Assembly: GCF_964355755.1 (NCBI RefSeq)
Contig: NC_092674.1
Location: forward strand, 17,360,001 to 17,424,000
Length of the DNA: 64,000 bases
Direction: 5' to 3'
From: Antedon mediterranea
Lineage: Eukaryota; Animalia; Echinodermata
Part shown: piece after piece, positions 28,777-42,100 of the stretch
Layout: each line of letters begins with the position of its first letter
Position numbering within the stretch: position 1 is the stretch's first letter
Position numbers and translations under genes: made by a program
The notes under the pieces: generated by a model
The model's database searches: none
The model's input: the letters and a program-made list of their open reading frames with translations, nothing else
What the model was told of the DNA's origin: nothing

Positions 28777-31700
28777 TTAGCGAGAGAGAGACAGATCAGC
28801 GAGAGAGGGACAGATCAGTGAGAGAGAGAGACAGATTGGCTAGAGAGAGACAGATCAGCGAGAGAGAGACAGATCGGCTAGAGAGAGACAGATCAGCGAG
28901 AGAGAGACAGATCAGCGAGAGAGAGATAGATCAGCGAGAGGGAGATAGATCAGCGAGAGAGAGATAGATCAGTGAGAGAGAGATAGATCAGCGAGAGAGA
29001 GATAGATCAGCGAGAGAGAGAGATAGATCAGCGAGAGAGAGATAGATCAGCGAGAGAGAGATAGATCAGTGAGAGGGAGATAGATCAGAGAGAGAGAGAT
29101 AGATCAGCGAGAGAGAGATAGATCAGCGAGAGAGAGATAGATCAGCGAGAGAGATAGATCAGCGAGAGAGAGATAGATCAGCGAGAGAGAGATAGATCAG
29201 CGAGAGAGAGATAGATCAGCGAGAGAGAGATAGATCAGCGAGAGAGAGATAGATCAGCGAGAGAGAGATAGATCAGCGAGACAGAGATAGATCAGCGAGA
29301 GAGCGATAGATCAGCGAGAGAGAGATAGATCAGCGAGAGAGAGATAGATTAGCGAGAGAGAGATAGATCAGCGAGAGAGAGATAGATCAGCGAGAGAGAG
29401 AGATAGATCAGCGAGAGAGAGACAGATCAGCGAGAGAGAGATAGATAAGCGAGAGAGAGATAGATCAGCGAGACAGATATAGATCAGCGAGAGAGAGATA
29501 GATCAGCGAGAGAGAGATAGATCAGCGAGAGAGAGATAGATCAACGAGAGAGAGAGATAGATCAACGAGAGAGAGATCAGCGAGAGAGATAGATCAGCGA
29601 GAGAGAGAGATAGGTCAGCGAGAGAGAGATAGATCAGCGAGAGAGAGATAGATCAGCGAGATAGAGATAGATCAGCGAGAGAGAGATAGATCAGCGAGAG
29701 AGAGATATATCAGCGAGAGCGAGATACATCGGGGAGAGAGAGATAGATCAGCGAGAGAGAGATAGATAAGCGAGAGAGAGATAGATCAGCGAGAGAGAGA
29801 TAGATCAGCGAGAGAGATAGATAGATCAGCGAGAGAGAGAGATAGATAGATCAGTTAGAGAGAGATAGATCAGCGAGAGAGAGAGATAGATAAGCCAGAG
29901 AGAGATAGATCAGCGAGAGAGGGATAGATCAGTGAGAGAGAGAGATAGATCAGCGAGAGAGAGAGATAGATCAGCGAGAGAGAGATAGATCAGCGAGAGA
30001 GAGAGATATAGACCAGCGAGAGGGAGATAGATCAGCGAGAGAGAGATAGATCAGCGAAAGAGAGATAGATCAGTGAGAGAGAGATAGATCAGCGAGAGAG
30101 AGATAGATCAGCGAGAGAGAGAGATAGATCATCGAGAGAGAGATAGATCAGCGAGAGAGATAGATCAGCGAGAGAGAGATAGATCAGCGAGAGAGAGATA
30201 GATCAGCGAGAGAGAAATAGATCAGCGAGAGAGAGATAGATCAGCGAGAGAGAGATAGATCAGCGAGAGAGAGATAGATCAGCGAGAGAGAGATAGATCA
30301 GAGAGAGAGATAGATCAGCGATAGAGAGAGATAGATCAGCGAGAGAGAAATAAATCAGCGGGAGAGAGAGAGATAGATCGAGGAGAGAGAGATAGATCAG
30401 CGAGAGAGAGATAGATCAGCGAGAGAGAGATAGATCAGCGAGAGAGAGATAGATCAGCGAGAGAGAAATAGATCAGCGAGAAAGAGTTAGATCAGCGAGA
30501 GAGAGATAGATCAGCGAGAGAGAGATAGATCAGCGAGAGAGAGATAGATCAGCGAGAGAGAGATAGATCAGCGAGAGAGAGATAGATCAGCGAGAGAGAG
30601 AGATAGATCATCGAGAGAGAGATAGATCAGCGAGAGAGAGATAGATCAGCGAGAGAGAGATAGATCAGCGAGAGAGAGATAGATCAGCGAGAGAGAAATA
30701 GATCAGCGAGAGAGAGATAGATCAGCGAGAGAGAGATAGATCAGCGAGAGAGAGATAGATCAGCGAGAGAGAGATAGATCAGAGAGAGAGAGATAGATCA
30801 GCGATAGAGAGAGATAGATCAGCGAGAGAGAAATAGATCAGCGGGAGAGAGAGAGATAGATCGAGGAGAGAGAGATAGATCAGCGAGAGAGAGAGAGATC
30901 AGCGAGAGAGAGATAGATCAGCGAGAGAGAGATAGATCAGCGAGAGAGAGATAGATCAGCGAGAGAGAGAGATAGATCATCGAGAGAGAGATAGATCAGC
31001 GAGAGAGAGATAGATCAGCGAGAGAGAGATAGATCAGCGAGAGAGAGATAGATCAGCGAGAGAGAAATAGATCAGCGAGAGAGAGATAGATCAGCGAGAG
31101 AGAGATAGATCAGCGAGAGAGAGATAGATCAGCGAGAGAGAGATAGATCAGAGAGAGAGAGATAGATCAGCGATAGAGAGAGATAGATCAGCGAGAGAGA
31201 AATAGATCAGCGGGAGAGAGAGAGATAGATCGAGGAGAGAGAGATAGATCAGCGAGAGAGAGAGAGATCAGCGAGAGAGAGATAGATCAGCGAGAGAGAG
31301 ATAGATCAGCGAGAGAGAGATAGATCAGCGAGAGAGAGAGATAGATCAGCGAGAGAGAGATAGATCAGCGAGAGAGAGCGATAGATCAGCGAGAGAGAGA
31401 GGTAGATCAGCGAGAGAGAAAGAGATAGATCAGCGAGAGAGAGATAGATCAGCGAGAGAGAGAGATAGATCAGCGAGAGAGAGATAGATCAGCGAGAGAG
31501 AGAGAGAGATAGATCAGCGAGAGAGAGATAGATCAGCGAGAGAGAGAAAGATCAGCGAGAGAGATATAGATCAGCGAGAGAGAGATAGATCAGCGAGAGA
31601 GAGATAGATCAGCGAGAGAGAGAGAAAGATCAGCGAGAAAGAGATAGATCAGCGAGAGAGAGATAGATCAGCGAGAAATAGATAGATCAGCGAGAGAGAG

Positions 31701-34700
31701 ATAGATCAGCGAGAGAGAGATAGATCAGCGAGAGAGAAATAGATCAGAGAGAGAGAGAGATAGATCAGCGAGAGAGAGATAGATCAGCGAGAGAGAGATA
31801 GATCAGCGAGAGAGAGATAGATCAGCGAGAGAGAGATAGATCAGCGAGAGAGAGATAGATCAGCGAGAGAGAGATAGATCAGCGAGAGAGAGAGAGATAG
31901 ATCGAGAGGAGAGAGATAGATCAGCGAGAGAGAGATAGATCAGCGAGACAGAGATAGATCAGCGAGAGAGAGATAGATAAGCGGGAGAGAGATAGATCAG
32001 CGAGAGAGATATAGATCAGCGAGAAAGAGATAGATCAGCGAGAGAGAGATAGATCGGCGAGAGAGAGATAGATCAACGAGAGAGAGAGATAGATCAACGA
32101 GAGAGAGATCAGCGAGAGAGATAGATCAGCGAGAGAGAGAGATAGGTCAGCGAGAGAGAGATAGATCAGCGAGAGAGAGATAGATCAGCGAGACAGAGAT
32201 AGATCAGCGAGAGCGAAATACATCGGGGAGAGAGAGATAGATCAGCGAGAGAGAGATAGATAAGCGAGAGAGAGATATATCAGCGAGAGAGAGATAGATC
32301 AGCGAGAGAGAGATAGATCAGCGAGAGAGATAGATAGATCAGCGAGAGAGAGAGATAGATAGATCAGTTAGAGAGAGATAGATCAGCGAGAGAGAGAGAT
32401 AGATAAGCCAGAGAGAGATAGATCAGCGAGAGAGAGATAGATCAGTGAGAGAGAGAGATAGATCAGCGAGAAAGAGATAGATCAGCGAGAGAGAGATAGA
32501 TCAGCGAGAGAGAGAGATATAGACCAGCGAGAGGGAGATAGATCAGCGAGAGAGAGATAGATCAGCGAGAGAGAGATAGATCAGCGAGAGAGAGATAGAT
32601 CAGCGAGAGAGAGATAGATCAGCGAGAGAGAGATAGATCATCGAGAGAGAGATAGATCAGCGAGAGAGATAGATCAGCGAGAGAGAGATAGATCAGCGAG
32701 AGAGAGATAGATCAGCGAGAGAGAAATAGATCAGCGAGAGAGAGATAGATCAGAGAGAGAGAGATAGATCAGCGATAGAGAGAGATAGATCAGCGAGAGA
32801 GAAATAGATCAGCGGGAGAGAGAGAGATAGATCGAGGAGAGAGAGATAGATCAGCGAGAGAGAGATAGATCAGCGAGAGAGAGATAGATCAGGGAGAGAG
32901 AGATAGATCAGCGAGAAAGAAATAGATCAGCGAGAGAAAGATTGATCAGCGAGAGAGAGATAGATCAGCGAGCAAGAGATAGATCAGCGAGAGAGAGATA
33001 GATCAGCGAGAGAGAGATAGATCAGCGAGAGAGAGATAGATCAGCGAGAGAGAGAGATAGATAATCGAGAGAGAGATAGATCAGCGAGAGAGAGATAGAT
33101 CCGCGAGAGAGAGATAGATCAGCGAGAGAGAGATAGATCAACGAGAGAGAAATAGATCGGCGAGAGAGAGATAGATCAGCGAGAGAGAGATAGATCAGCG
33201 AGAGAGAGATAGATCAGAGAGAGAGAGATAGATCAGCGATAGAGAGAGATAGATCAGCGAGAGAGAAATAGATCAGCGGGAGAGAGAGAGATAGATCGAG
33301 GAGAGAGAGATAGATCAGCGAGAGAGAGAGAGATCAGCGAGAGAGAGATAGATCAGCGAGAGAGAGATAGATCAGCGAGAGAGAGATAGATCAGCGAGAA
33401 AGAGATAGATCAGCGAGAGAGAGATAGATCAGCGAGAGAGAGCGATAGATCAGCGAGAGAGAGAGGTAGATCAGCGAGAGAGAAAGAGATAGATCAGCGA
33501 GAGAGAGATAGATCAGCGAGAGAGAGAGATAGATCAGCGAGAGAGAGATAGATCAGCGAGAGAAAGAGAGAGATAGATCAGCGAGAGAGAGATAGATCAG
33601 CGAGAGAGATATAGATCAGCGAGAGAGAGATAGATCAGCGAGAGAGAGATAGATCAGCGAGAGAGAGAGAAAGATCAGCGAGAGAGAGATAGATCAGCGA
33701 GAGAGAGATAGATCAGCGAGAGAGAGATAGATCAGCGAGAGAGAGATAGATCAGCAAGAGAGAGATAGATCAGCGAGAGAGAGATAGATCAGAGAGAGAG
33801 AGATAGATCAGCGATAGAGAGAGATAGATCAGTGAGAAAGAGAGAGAGATAGATCAGCGAGAGAGAGATAGATCAGCGAGAGAGAGATAGATCAGCGAGA
33901 GGGAGATAGATCAGCGAGAGAGAGAGAGATAGATCAGCGAGAGAGAGATAGATCAGCGAGAGAGAGATAGATCAGCGAGAGGGAGATAGATCAGCGAGAG
34001 AGAGATAGGTCAGCGAGATAGAGATAGATCAGCGAGAGAGAGATAGATCAGCGAGATAGAGATAGATCAGCGAGAGAGAGATAGATCAGCGAGAGAGAGA
34101 TAGATCAGTGAGAGAGAGATAGATGAGCGAGAGAGAGAGATAGATGAGCGAGAGAGAGATAGATCAGCGAGAGAGAGATAGATCAGTGAGAGAGAAATAG
34201 ATCAGCGAGAGAGAGATAGATCAGCGAGAGAGAGAGAGATAGATCAGCGAGAGAGAGATAGATCAGCGAGAGAGAGATAGATCAGCGGGAGAGAGATAGA
34301 TCAGCGAGAGAGAGATATAGATCAGCGAGAGAGAAATAGATCAGCGGGAGAGAGAGAGATAGATCGAGGAGAGAGAGATAGATCAGCGAGAGAGAGATAG
34401 ATCAGCGAGAGAGAGATAGATCAGCAAGAGAGAGATAGATCAGCGAGAGAGAAATAGATCAGCGAGAGAGAAATAGATCAGCGAGAGAGAGAGATAGATC
34501 AGCGAGAGAGAGAGAGATAGATCAGCGAGAGAGAGATAGATCAGCGAGAGAGAAATAGATCAGCGAGAGAGAGATAGATCAGCGAGAGAGATATAGATCA
34601 GCGAGAGAGAGATAGATCAGCGAGAGAGAGAGATAGATCATCGAGAGAGAGATAGATCAGCGAGAGAGATAGATCAGCGAGAGAGAGATAGATCAGCGAG

Positions 34701-37700
34701 AGAGAGATAGATCAGCGAGAGAGAAATAGATCAGCGAGAGAGAGATAGATCAGCGAGAGAGAGATAGATCAGCGAGAGAGAGATAGATCAGCGAGAGAGA
34801 GATAGATCAGAGAGAGAGAGATAGATCAGCGATAGAGAGAGATAGATCAGCGAGAGAGAAATAGATCAGCGGGAGAGAGAGAGATAGATCGAGGAGAGAG
34901 AGATAGATCAGCGAGAGAGAGAGAGATCAGCGAGAGAGAGATAGATCAGCGAGAGAGAGATAGATCAGCGAGAGAGAGATAGATCAGCGAGAGAGAGATA
35001 TATCAGCGAGAGAGAGATAGATCAGCGAGAGAGAGCGATAGATCAGCGAGAGAGAGAGGTAGATCAGCGAGAGAGAAAGAGATAGATCAGCGAGAGAGAG
35101 ATAGATCAGCGAGAGAGAGAGATAGATCAGCAAGCGAGAGATAGATCAGAGAGAGAGAGAGAGAGAGAGATAGATCAGCGAGAGAGAGATAGATCAGCGA
35201 GAGAGAGATAGATCAGCGAGAGAGAGATAGATCAGCGAGAGAGAGATAGATCAGCGAGAGAGAGATAGATCAGCGAGAGAAAGATAGATCAGCGAGAGAG
35301 ATAAAGATCAGCGAGAGAGAGATAGATCAGCGAGAGAGAGATAGATCAGCGAGAGAGAGAGAAAGATCAGCGAGAGAGAGATAGATCAGCGAGAGAGAGA
35401 TAGATCAGCGAGAGAGAGATAGATCAGCGAGAGAGAGATAGATCAGCGAGAGAGAGATAGATCAGAGAGAGAGAGATAGATCAGCGATAGAGAGAGATAG
35501 ATCAGTGAGAGAGAGAGATAGATCAGCGAGAGAGAGATAGATCAGCGAGAGAGAGATAGATCAGCGAGAGGGAGATAGATCAGCGAGAGAGAGATAGATC
35601 AGCGAGAGAGAGATAGATCAGCAAGAGAGAGCGATAGATCAGCGAGAGAGAGAGGTAGATCAGCGAGAGAGAGAAAGATAGATCAGCGAGAGAGAGATAG
35701 AACAGCGAGAGAGAGATAGATCAGCGAGAGAGAAAGAGATAGATCAGCGAGAGAGAGATAGATCAGCGAGAGAGAGATAGATCAGCGAGAGAGAGAGATA
35801 GATCAGCGAGAGAGAGATAGAACGATCAGCGAGAGAGAGATAGATCAGCGAGAGAGAGATAGATCAGCGAGAGAGAGATAGATCAGCGAGAGAGAGATAG
35901 ATCAGCGAGAGAGAGATAGATCAGCAAGAGAGAGATAGATCAGAGAGAGAGAGAGAGATAGATCAGCGATAGAGAGAGATAGATCAGCGAGAGAGAAATA
36001 GATCAGCGAGAGAGAGAGATAGATCGAGGAGAGAGAGATAGATCAGCGAGAGAGAGATAGATCAGCGAGAGAGAGATAGATCAGCGGGAGAGAGATAGGT
36101 CAGCGAGAGAGAGATAGATCAGCTAGAGGGAGATAGATCAGCGAGAGAGAGATAGATCAGCGAGAGAGAGAGATAGATCAGCGAGAGAGAGCGATAGATC
36201 AGCGAGAGAGAGAGGTAGATCAGCGAGAGAGAGAGAAAGATAGATCAGCGAGAGAGAGATAGATCAGCGAGAGAGATAGATAGATCAGCGAGAGAGAGAT
36301 AGATCAGCGAGAGAGAGAGAGAGAGATAGATCAGCGAGAGAGAGATAGATCAGCGAGAGAGAGATAGATCAGCGAGAGAGAGATAGATCAGCGAGAGAAA
36401 GATAGATCAGCGAGAGAGATATAGATCAGCGAGAGAGAGATAGATCAGCGATAGAGAGAGATAGATCAGCGAGAGAGAGATAGATCAGCGAGAGAGAGAT
36501 AGATCAGCGAGAGAGAGATATATCAGCGAGAGAGAGAGAGATAGATCAGCGAGAGAGAGATAGATCAGCGAGAGAGAGATAGATCAGCGAGAGAGAGATA
36601 GATCAGCGAGAGAGAGATAGATCAGCGAGAGAGAGATAGATCAGCGAGAGAGAGATAGATCAGCGAGAGAAAGATAGATCAGTGAGAGAGAGATAGATCA
36701 GCGAGAGAGAGATAGATCAGCGAGAGAGAGATAGATCAGCGAGAGGGAGATAGATCAGCGAGAGAGAGATAGATCAGCGAGAGAGAGATAGATCAGCGAG
36801 AGAGATATAAATCAGCGAGAGAGAGATAGATCGAGGAGAGAGAGATAGATCAGCGAGAGAGAAATAGATAAGCGAGAGAGAGATAGATCAGCGAGAGAGA
36901 GATAGATCAGCGAGAGAGAGAGAGAGAGACAGATCAGCGAGAGAGACACAGATCAGCGAAAAATACACAGATCAGCGAGAGAGAGAGAGAGAGACAGACA
37001 GACAGATTAGCGAGAGAGAGAGACAGATCAGCGAGAGAGGGACAGATCAGCGAGAGAGAGAGACAGATTGGCTAGAGAGAGACAGATCAGCGAGAGAGAG
37101 ACAGATCGGCTAGAGAGAGACAGGTCAGCGAGAGAGAGACAGATCAGCGAGAGAGAGATAGATCAGCGAGAAGGAGATAGATCAGCGAGAGAGAGATAGA
37201 TCAGTGAGAGAGAGATAGATCAGCGAGAGAGAGATAGATCAGCGAGAGAGAGAGATAGATCAGCGAGAGAGAGATAGATCAGCGAGAGAGAGATAGATCA
37301 GCGAGAGAGAGATAGATCAGAGAGAGAGAGAGAGAGAGATAGATCAGCGAGAGAGAGATAGATCAGCGAGAGAGAGAAAGATCAGCGAGAGAGAGATAGA
37401 TCAGCGAGAGAGAGATAGATCAGCGAGAGAGAGAGAGATAGCTCAGCGAGAGAGAGAAAGATCAGCGAGAGAGATAGATCATCGAGAAAGAGATAGATCA
37501 GCGAGAGAGAGATAGATCAGCGAGACAGAGATAGATCAGCGAGAGAGAGATAGATCTGCGAGAGAGAGATAGAGCAGCGAGAGAGAGATAGATCAGTGAG
37601 AGAGAGATAGATCAGCGAGAGAGAGATAGATCAGCGAGAGAGAGAAAGATCAGCGAGAGAGAGATAGATCAGCGAGAGAGAGATAGATCAGCGAGAGAGA

Positions 37701-38127
37701 GAGATAGATCAGCGAGACAGAGATAGATCAGCGAGAGAGTGATAGATCAGCGAGAGAGAAATAGATCAGCGAGAGAGAGATAGATTAGCGAGAGAGAGAT
37801 AGATCAGCGAGAGAGAGATAGATCAGCGAGAGAGAGAGATAGATCAGCGAGAGAGAGACAGATCAGCGAGAGAGAGATAGATAAGCGAGAGAGAGATAGA
37901 TCAGCGAGAGAGATATAGATCAGCGAGAGAGAGATAGATCAGCGAGAGAGAGATAGATCAGTGAGAGAGAGAGATAGATCAGCGAGCGAGAGATAGATCA
38001 GCGAGAGAGAGATAGATCAGCGAGAGAGAAAGATAGATCAGCGATAGAGAGAGATAGATCAGCGAGAAAGAGATAGATCAGCGAGAGAGAGAGATAGATC
38101 AGCGAGAGAGAGATAGATCAGCGAGGG
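1..38127 (+). repeat. 19-bp tandem satellite, consensus CAGCGAGAGAGAGATAGAT (~2000 units), open at the 5' window edge
   Basis: A period of 19 is directly visible, with 17/21-bp variants from (GA)n slippage. 15 of 19 bases are purines on +, and each unit has one GATC and one CpG. It ends abruptly at ...GATCAGCGAGGG|AGCGCACAATG. Confidence 0.99.
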
Positions 38128-38383
38128 AGCGCACAATGCAACTTTTCAATGCTAATCAGCGGCGGCCGATCAGCATATCGCGATGCAACCTGTTTTTTGG
38201 GTGCAATTATGCTGATTTCAGATGCACTCGCGTCGATTGAAGAATTTTCAGCAGTTAGGTAATCACTGGCATTCAGCCTCTTTCACTAATTTTATAAATA
38301 AACCCATCCGGACGCGGTGTTTTTTTAAATTTTTAAATTCATCTGTATTGATCTGATCGTTAAAACAGACTGTTTGTAGAAAG
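38128..38383 (+). promoter_or_regulatory. Probable promoter/5' UTR exons of the recombinase gene
   Basis: CpG-containing patch in AT-rich DNA. Candidate donor AG|GTAATC at 38259 and a 15-nt micro-exon 38369-38383 (AACAG|...AAAG|GTAAGG). Lies upstream of the first in-exon ATG at 39165. Inferred; no transcript evidence. Confidence 0.4.
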
Positions 38384-38533
38384 GTAAGGCTATAAGCTAG
38401 GTACTTTTATTACATTTTATTATCCTAACATAAATTTTTATTGCATAACCAAGTGCCTTAATCCCTGTACTAAAGTACAGAGATTTTTTGTTTTAAATGG
38501 CCAAAATAAAAAAATACCACCATAAAATGATTG

Positions 38534-39075
38534 TGGCCTAGCCTAGCCTAGGCCCAGGCCTAGCCTAGAGGCCCCTAGTTAGGCTTAGGCCTACTAGCCT
38601 AGGCCCTAGAGGGCTAGGTCTAGGCCTAGCTAGGCTAGGCCTAGGCCTAGCTAGCTAGCTAGAGGCCTAACAATAATTAATAAGCCCTCCTAGCTAGGCT
38701 AGGTCCTAGCTAGCTTAGCTAGGCCTAGCCTAGGAGGCATAGCCTACCTAGCTAGGCCTAGGCCTGCGTATTAAAGTATTATTATAGGCCTAGGCCTAGA
38801 TAGGGTAGGAACTAAACCTACCTCCTTGGGCCAGGCTATAGGGCCTACTAGCCTGGTCTACCTAGCTAGGCCTAGGCTAGGTTAATAATAGTTTAGGCCT
38901 AGCCTAGTTGGCTGAATCTGTCTGTAGCCTAGATAGGAGGTTAGGTGTAGGCCTATGTCATGTATAGGCCTAGTCTCTAGCTAGGCCTATCAATCATACC
39001 ACACTAGCTAGGTTAGAGTAGGCCCCTAGGCCTAGCATAAAGGAGAGGGTATTAAAAGTTGGACCACAGTAGGCC
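38534..39075. repeat. Low-complexity palindromic TAGGCCTA/CTAG-rich tract
   Basis: Dense irregular AGGCCT, CCTAGG and CTAGCTAG motifs within the presumed first long intron. Confidence 0.9.
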
Positions 39076-39164
39076 CTTCTCGTTAGCAAGTATATGCTAC
39101 CCCTGGCTTCAGTGCTTTTTTTTTCTTCAAAAAATGTATCATTTGTTCCACAGATTATTTCAAA

Positions 39165-42100
39165 ATGGACCGTTTTTGTAATTCACCCGTAAGTAAACAA
39201 TTCATTTACCTAAATTTACCTGAATCCAGGATGATTTATTCCAGGTTTGGTGGAGCGATTCAACTCGCTTTGTATACTGAAACATCCAGATTTTATGCTG
39301 GACCAAATGGTTGTTGTCAGTTGTTGGTATTTTAAGTTTATAAAATGTTATCGCTAAAGCAGACTTTTTATAAAATGTACGTCATTACTAATCTAATCTC
39401 CTAAATGAGCTGACATGTCCCGTACTGATAATGCTCCTTGGCTGAATCACAAATGTAATAATCCATTTATCTAGAGCTTATCTTAGTCATGGAATTCAAC
39501 TTTTTCAAGTACAGTATATAAAAGTAAGGTTAAGCCTTAGAAAAGTAATAATAATACTGCACTATGTAATAATAGTTACGGATAACTTTAGTTTAATTAT
39601 TTGTAACAAATATACAATAATAATAACATTATTTTTTTATAGCAACCTGATGAATTAACTGAAAGCGATTTTTTTTAATCATGAAGACTGGTAAGTATAG
39701 TTAGAAATTTATTGATAAATTACTCCATTTTTACATCCATGACAAATTTAGATGGTAAGTATTTTATTTTTAATTCCAATATTGTATCTTCGTTGGTACA
39801 GCCTTCTTGAAAAATGACATGTTATAAACAAACCTTTATTCATTTTTATTCATAATGATAAAAAAGTAAGGGTTTGAAATGATTTTTTTAATTATTTGCT
39901 TTAATGAAATAAAAGAGGTTAATAATTAGAGCCTGTATTTGTTTTTCAAAGTAAAAATTAACTAACAATATTTGTTTAATTTTATTATTAGTAGCAAAGA
40001 AGACTACATGTCTGACAAAGTGTAAGTATCCAATTTGAGAATAAATCTGTTGTGTTTGTATGAACCACGACATCCAGATTACTGATCTTGCGCTGATGGC
40101 TAGGGTTTAATTTGAGCCTACCTTGCAAATTTTAATATTAATCGGTTCAATAATTAACCAGTTAGTTAACTCGGGTGATTTGTTATCTGTGATAAACCAT
40201 TTTTGCCATAAATTTACAATTTTGTTTTATTTTGACGTAATTATTTATACTTTATTATTCACACCATACAATTCAAACTTATTTTTGTTAAAAAATAAAT
40301 ACTTGAAATTATTTTGTTAACGAAGAATAGGATATATACTGTTGTTTATTTACCTAAAGCCAAACATCTATTCTAATTTGTGCAAACATACATGCTTATA
40401 TAATTTCTATATTATTTCATAGTAGGTCTATAAATAGTTTTTTTTTTCGACTTTTATTTTAATACACCTACAATATTTGTGTGTACTTTGTGAACTATTA
40501 ATAGAAGTGAGGATGGAGAATTTGAGAAGAAAGAAAATAAGGAAGAGGAAAACATGGAGGAGGAAGAAAATGAGAAAGAAGACGAGGAAGAAGAAATGGA
40601 GGAAGAGGAAAACATGGAGGAGGAGGAGGAGATGGAGGAGGAGGAGGAGGAGGAGGAAGAAGAAGAAGAAGAAAGCGAGAAAGAAGACGAGGAAAAAGAA
40701 GAGGAGGTAGTTGAGATGTAAGTTATGAACTGTTTTGTATTTAGACATTCTAGAATGAACATAGTTTATCATTTTCTAAAATTTACCAGTATTATTTTTC
40801 TAGATTGAGCTTATTATGTAGCAAAACATATACTATTGAGCATCCTTATTTGTGTTAACTTTAGTTATTACTATAACCATAACAATATTTTTTTAATTTG
40901 TTTAGGTATAGTGATTTTCAAAAGAAGGGAAAAAAGTAAATATAATATTTTTTGACTAATACTGTAATTAAAATAAACAGCCAATGGATCACTTAGGCCC
41001 TAAATGCTATGTTATTAAATAATGTAAAAATAAAAATACGGTAGTTATATACAGTTAACATGAAATATTATATTACTTTATCAGTACTTTTCCTTTAATA
41101 CCTATGTGTTGTATTTTGTTTTTATTAGGAAGGACATAGAAAAGAAGAAAGCTGTAAGGGAAAGTAGCATATTGAATATACTTTTGTACTTAATTTGAAG
41201 TAAAATATTAACTTAAACTTTGTTTCCTCATTTTTTTTATTATCAATTTAGCTAGATTAAATTTTCCCTGTAGATTAGCATCAAAAATCTAATTACCGTA
41301 GATAGTTGTAGTTTACATCTGTGGTTACTGAAGTCTTAAATTATTTAACTTCATTAAAATAGTTTTTTTTATTGAATACAAATAATATAAAATTTTATAT
41401 TTTGATATTGGTTGTTGATAATGAATAGACCTTAAAGCATTCATTCAAAATAGTCATGGTTTATTATTGCCTACAGAACAGAAAATTGTTAACATGCATT
41501 CTGTGTGGCCGCATAAGCAGGTACCTTGCCAGCCATCTGGAAAAGGCCCACAAAATAATAAATAGAGAAATAATTAAAAACATGGTTGCTGATGCTAGAA
41601 AAAGGTGAGTACTTCATTCATTATGAACAATTTTTTTCATGTGGTTACCAGCTAAATTATAAATAACATATTGTTAAGTATAACATGGAGTTTCTTCAGC
41701 TAAATATAATAAATTACATATTTTTATTTATCTTAGTTTTGTTTGCAGTTTCTTTTTTATAGAATATTTTACTAGTTAACTCTACCAATACTGGAAACCG
41801 AAAACTGCACTTGTAATGTATTGAAAACCAAACATTCTCAATGGTTTCTATTTTTGGGTGAATTGAATACTGTGATTGGATTATTGAAAAATGATAAACA
41901 GTTTTGTATGTTTTATCTAGTTATCATGAGTGTATCATTTAAAGTTTTCTAGATACTAATGATAAAGGGGGAAAAAAAAAGGCCAGACATTCCTGCAGTG
42001 TGCCTGGATGTTCGGCTAAAAACCTGGCAAGGTATGACATGCATCTGCAAAGGAAGCATAAATTCCCTGTAAGTTAAAATTCTTTCAACTTTAGCAGATA

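Noticed and set aside
1-38127. Telomeric repeat array
   Set aside because: No canonical telomere motif, the G/A-rich strand runs toward the unique DNA, and kb-scale variant cassettes indicate recombinational rather than templated growth.
40428-40772. Poly-F/L, poly-S and protamine-like poly-R/K ORFs
   Set aside because: Alternative frames and strands of the GAR-rich acidic exon; only the Glu frame splices in phase to the downstream exons.
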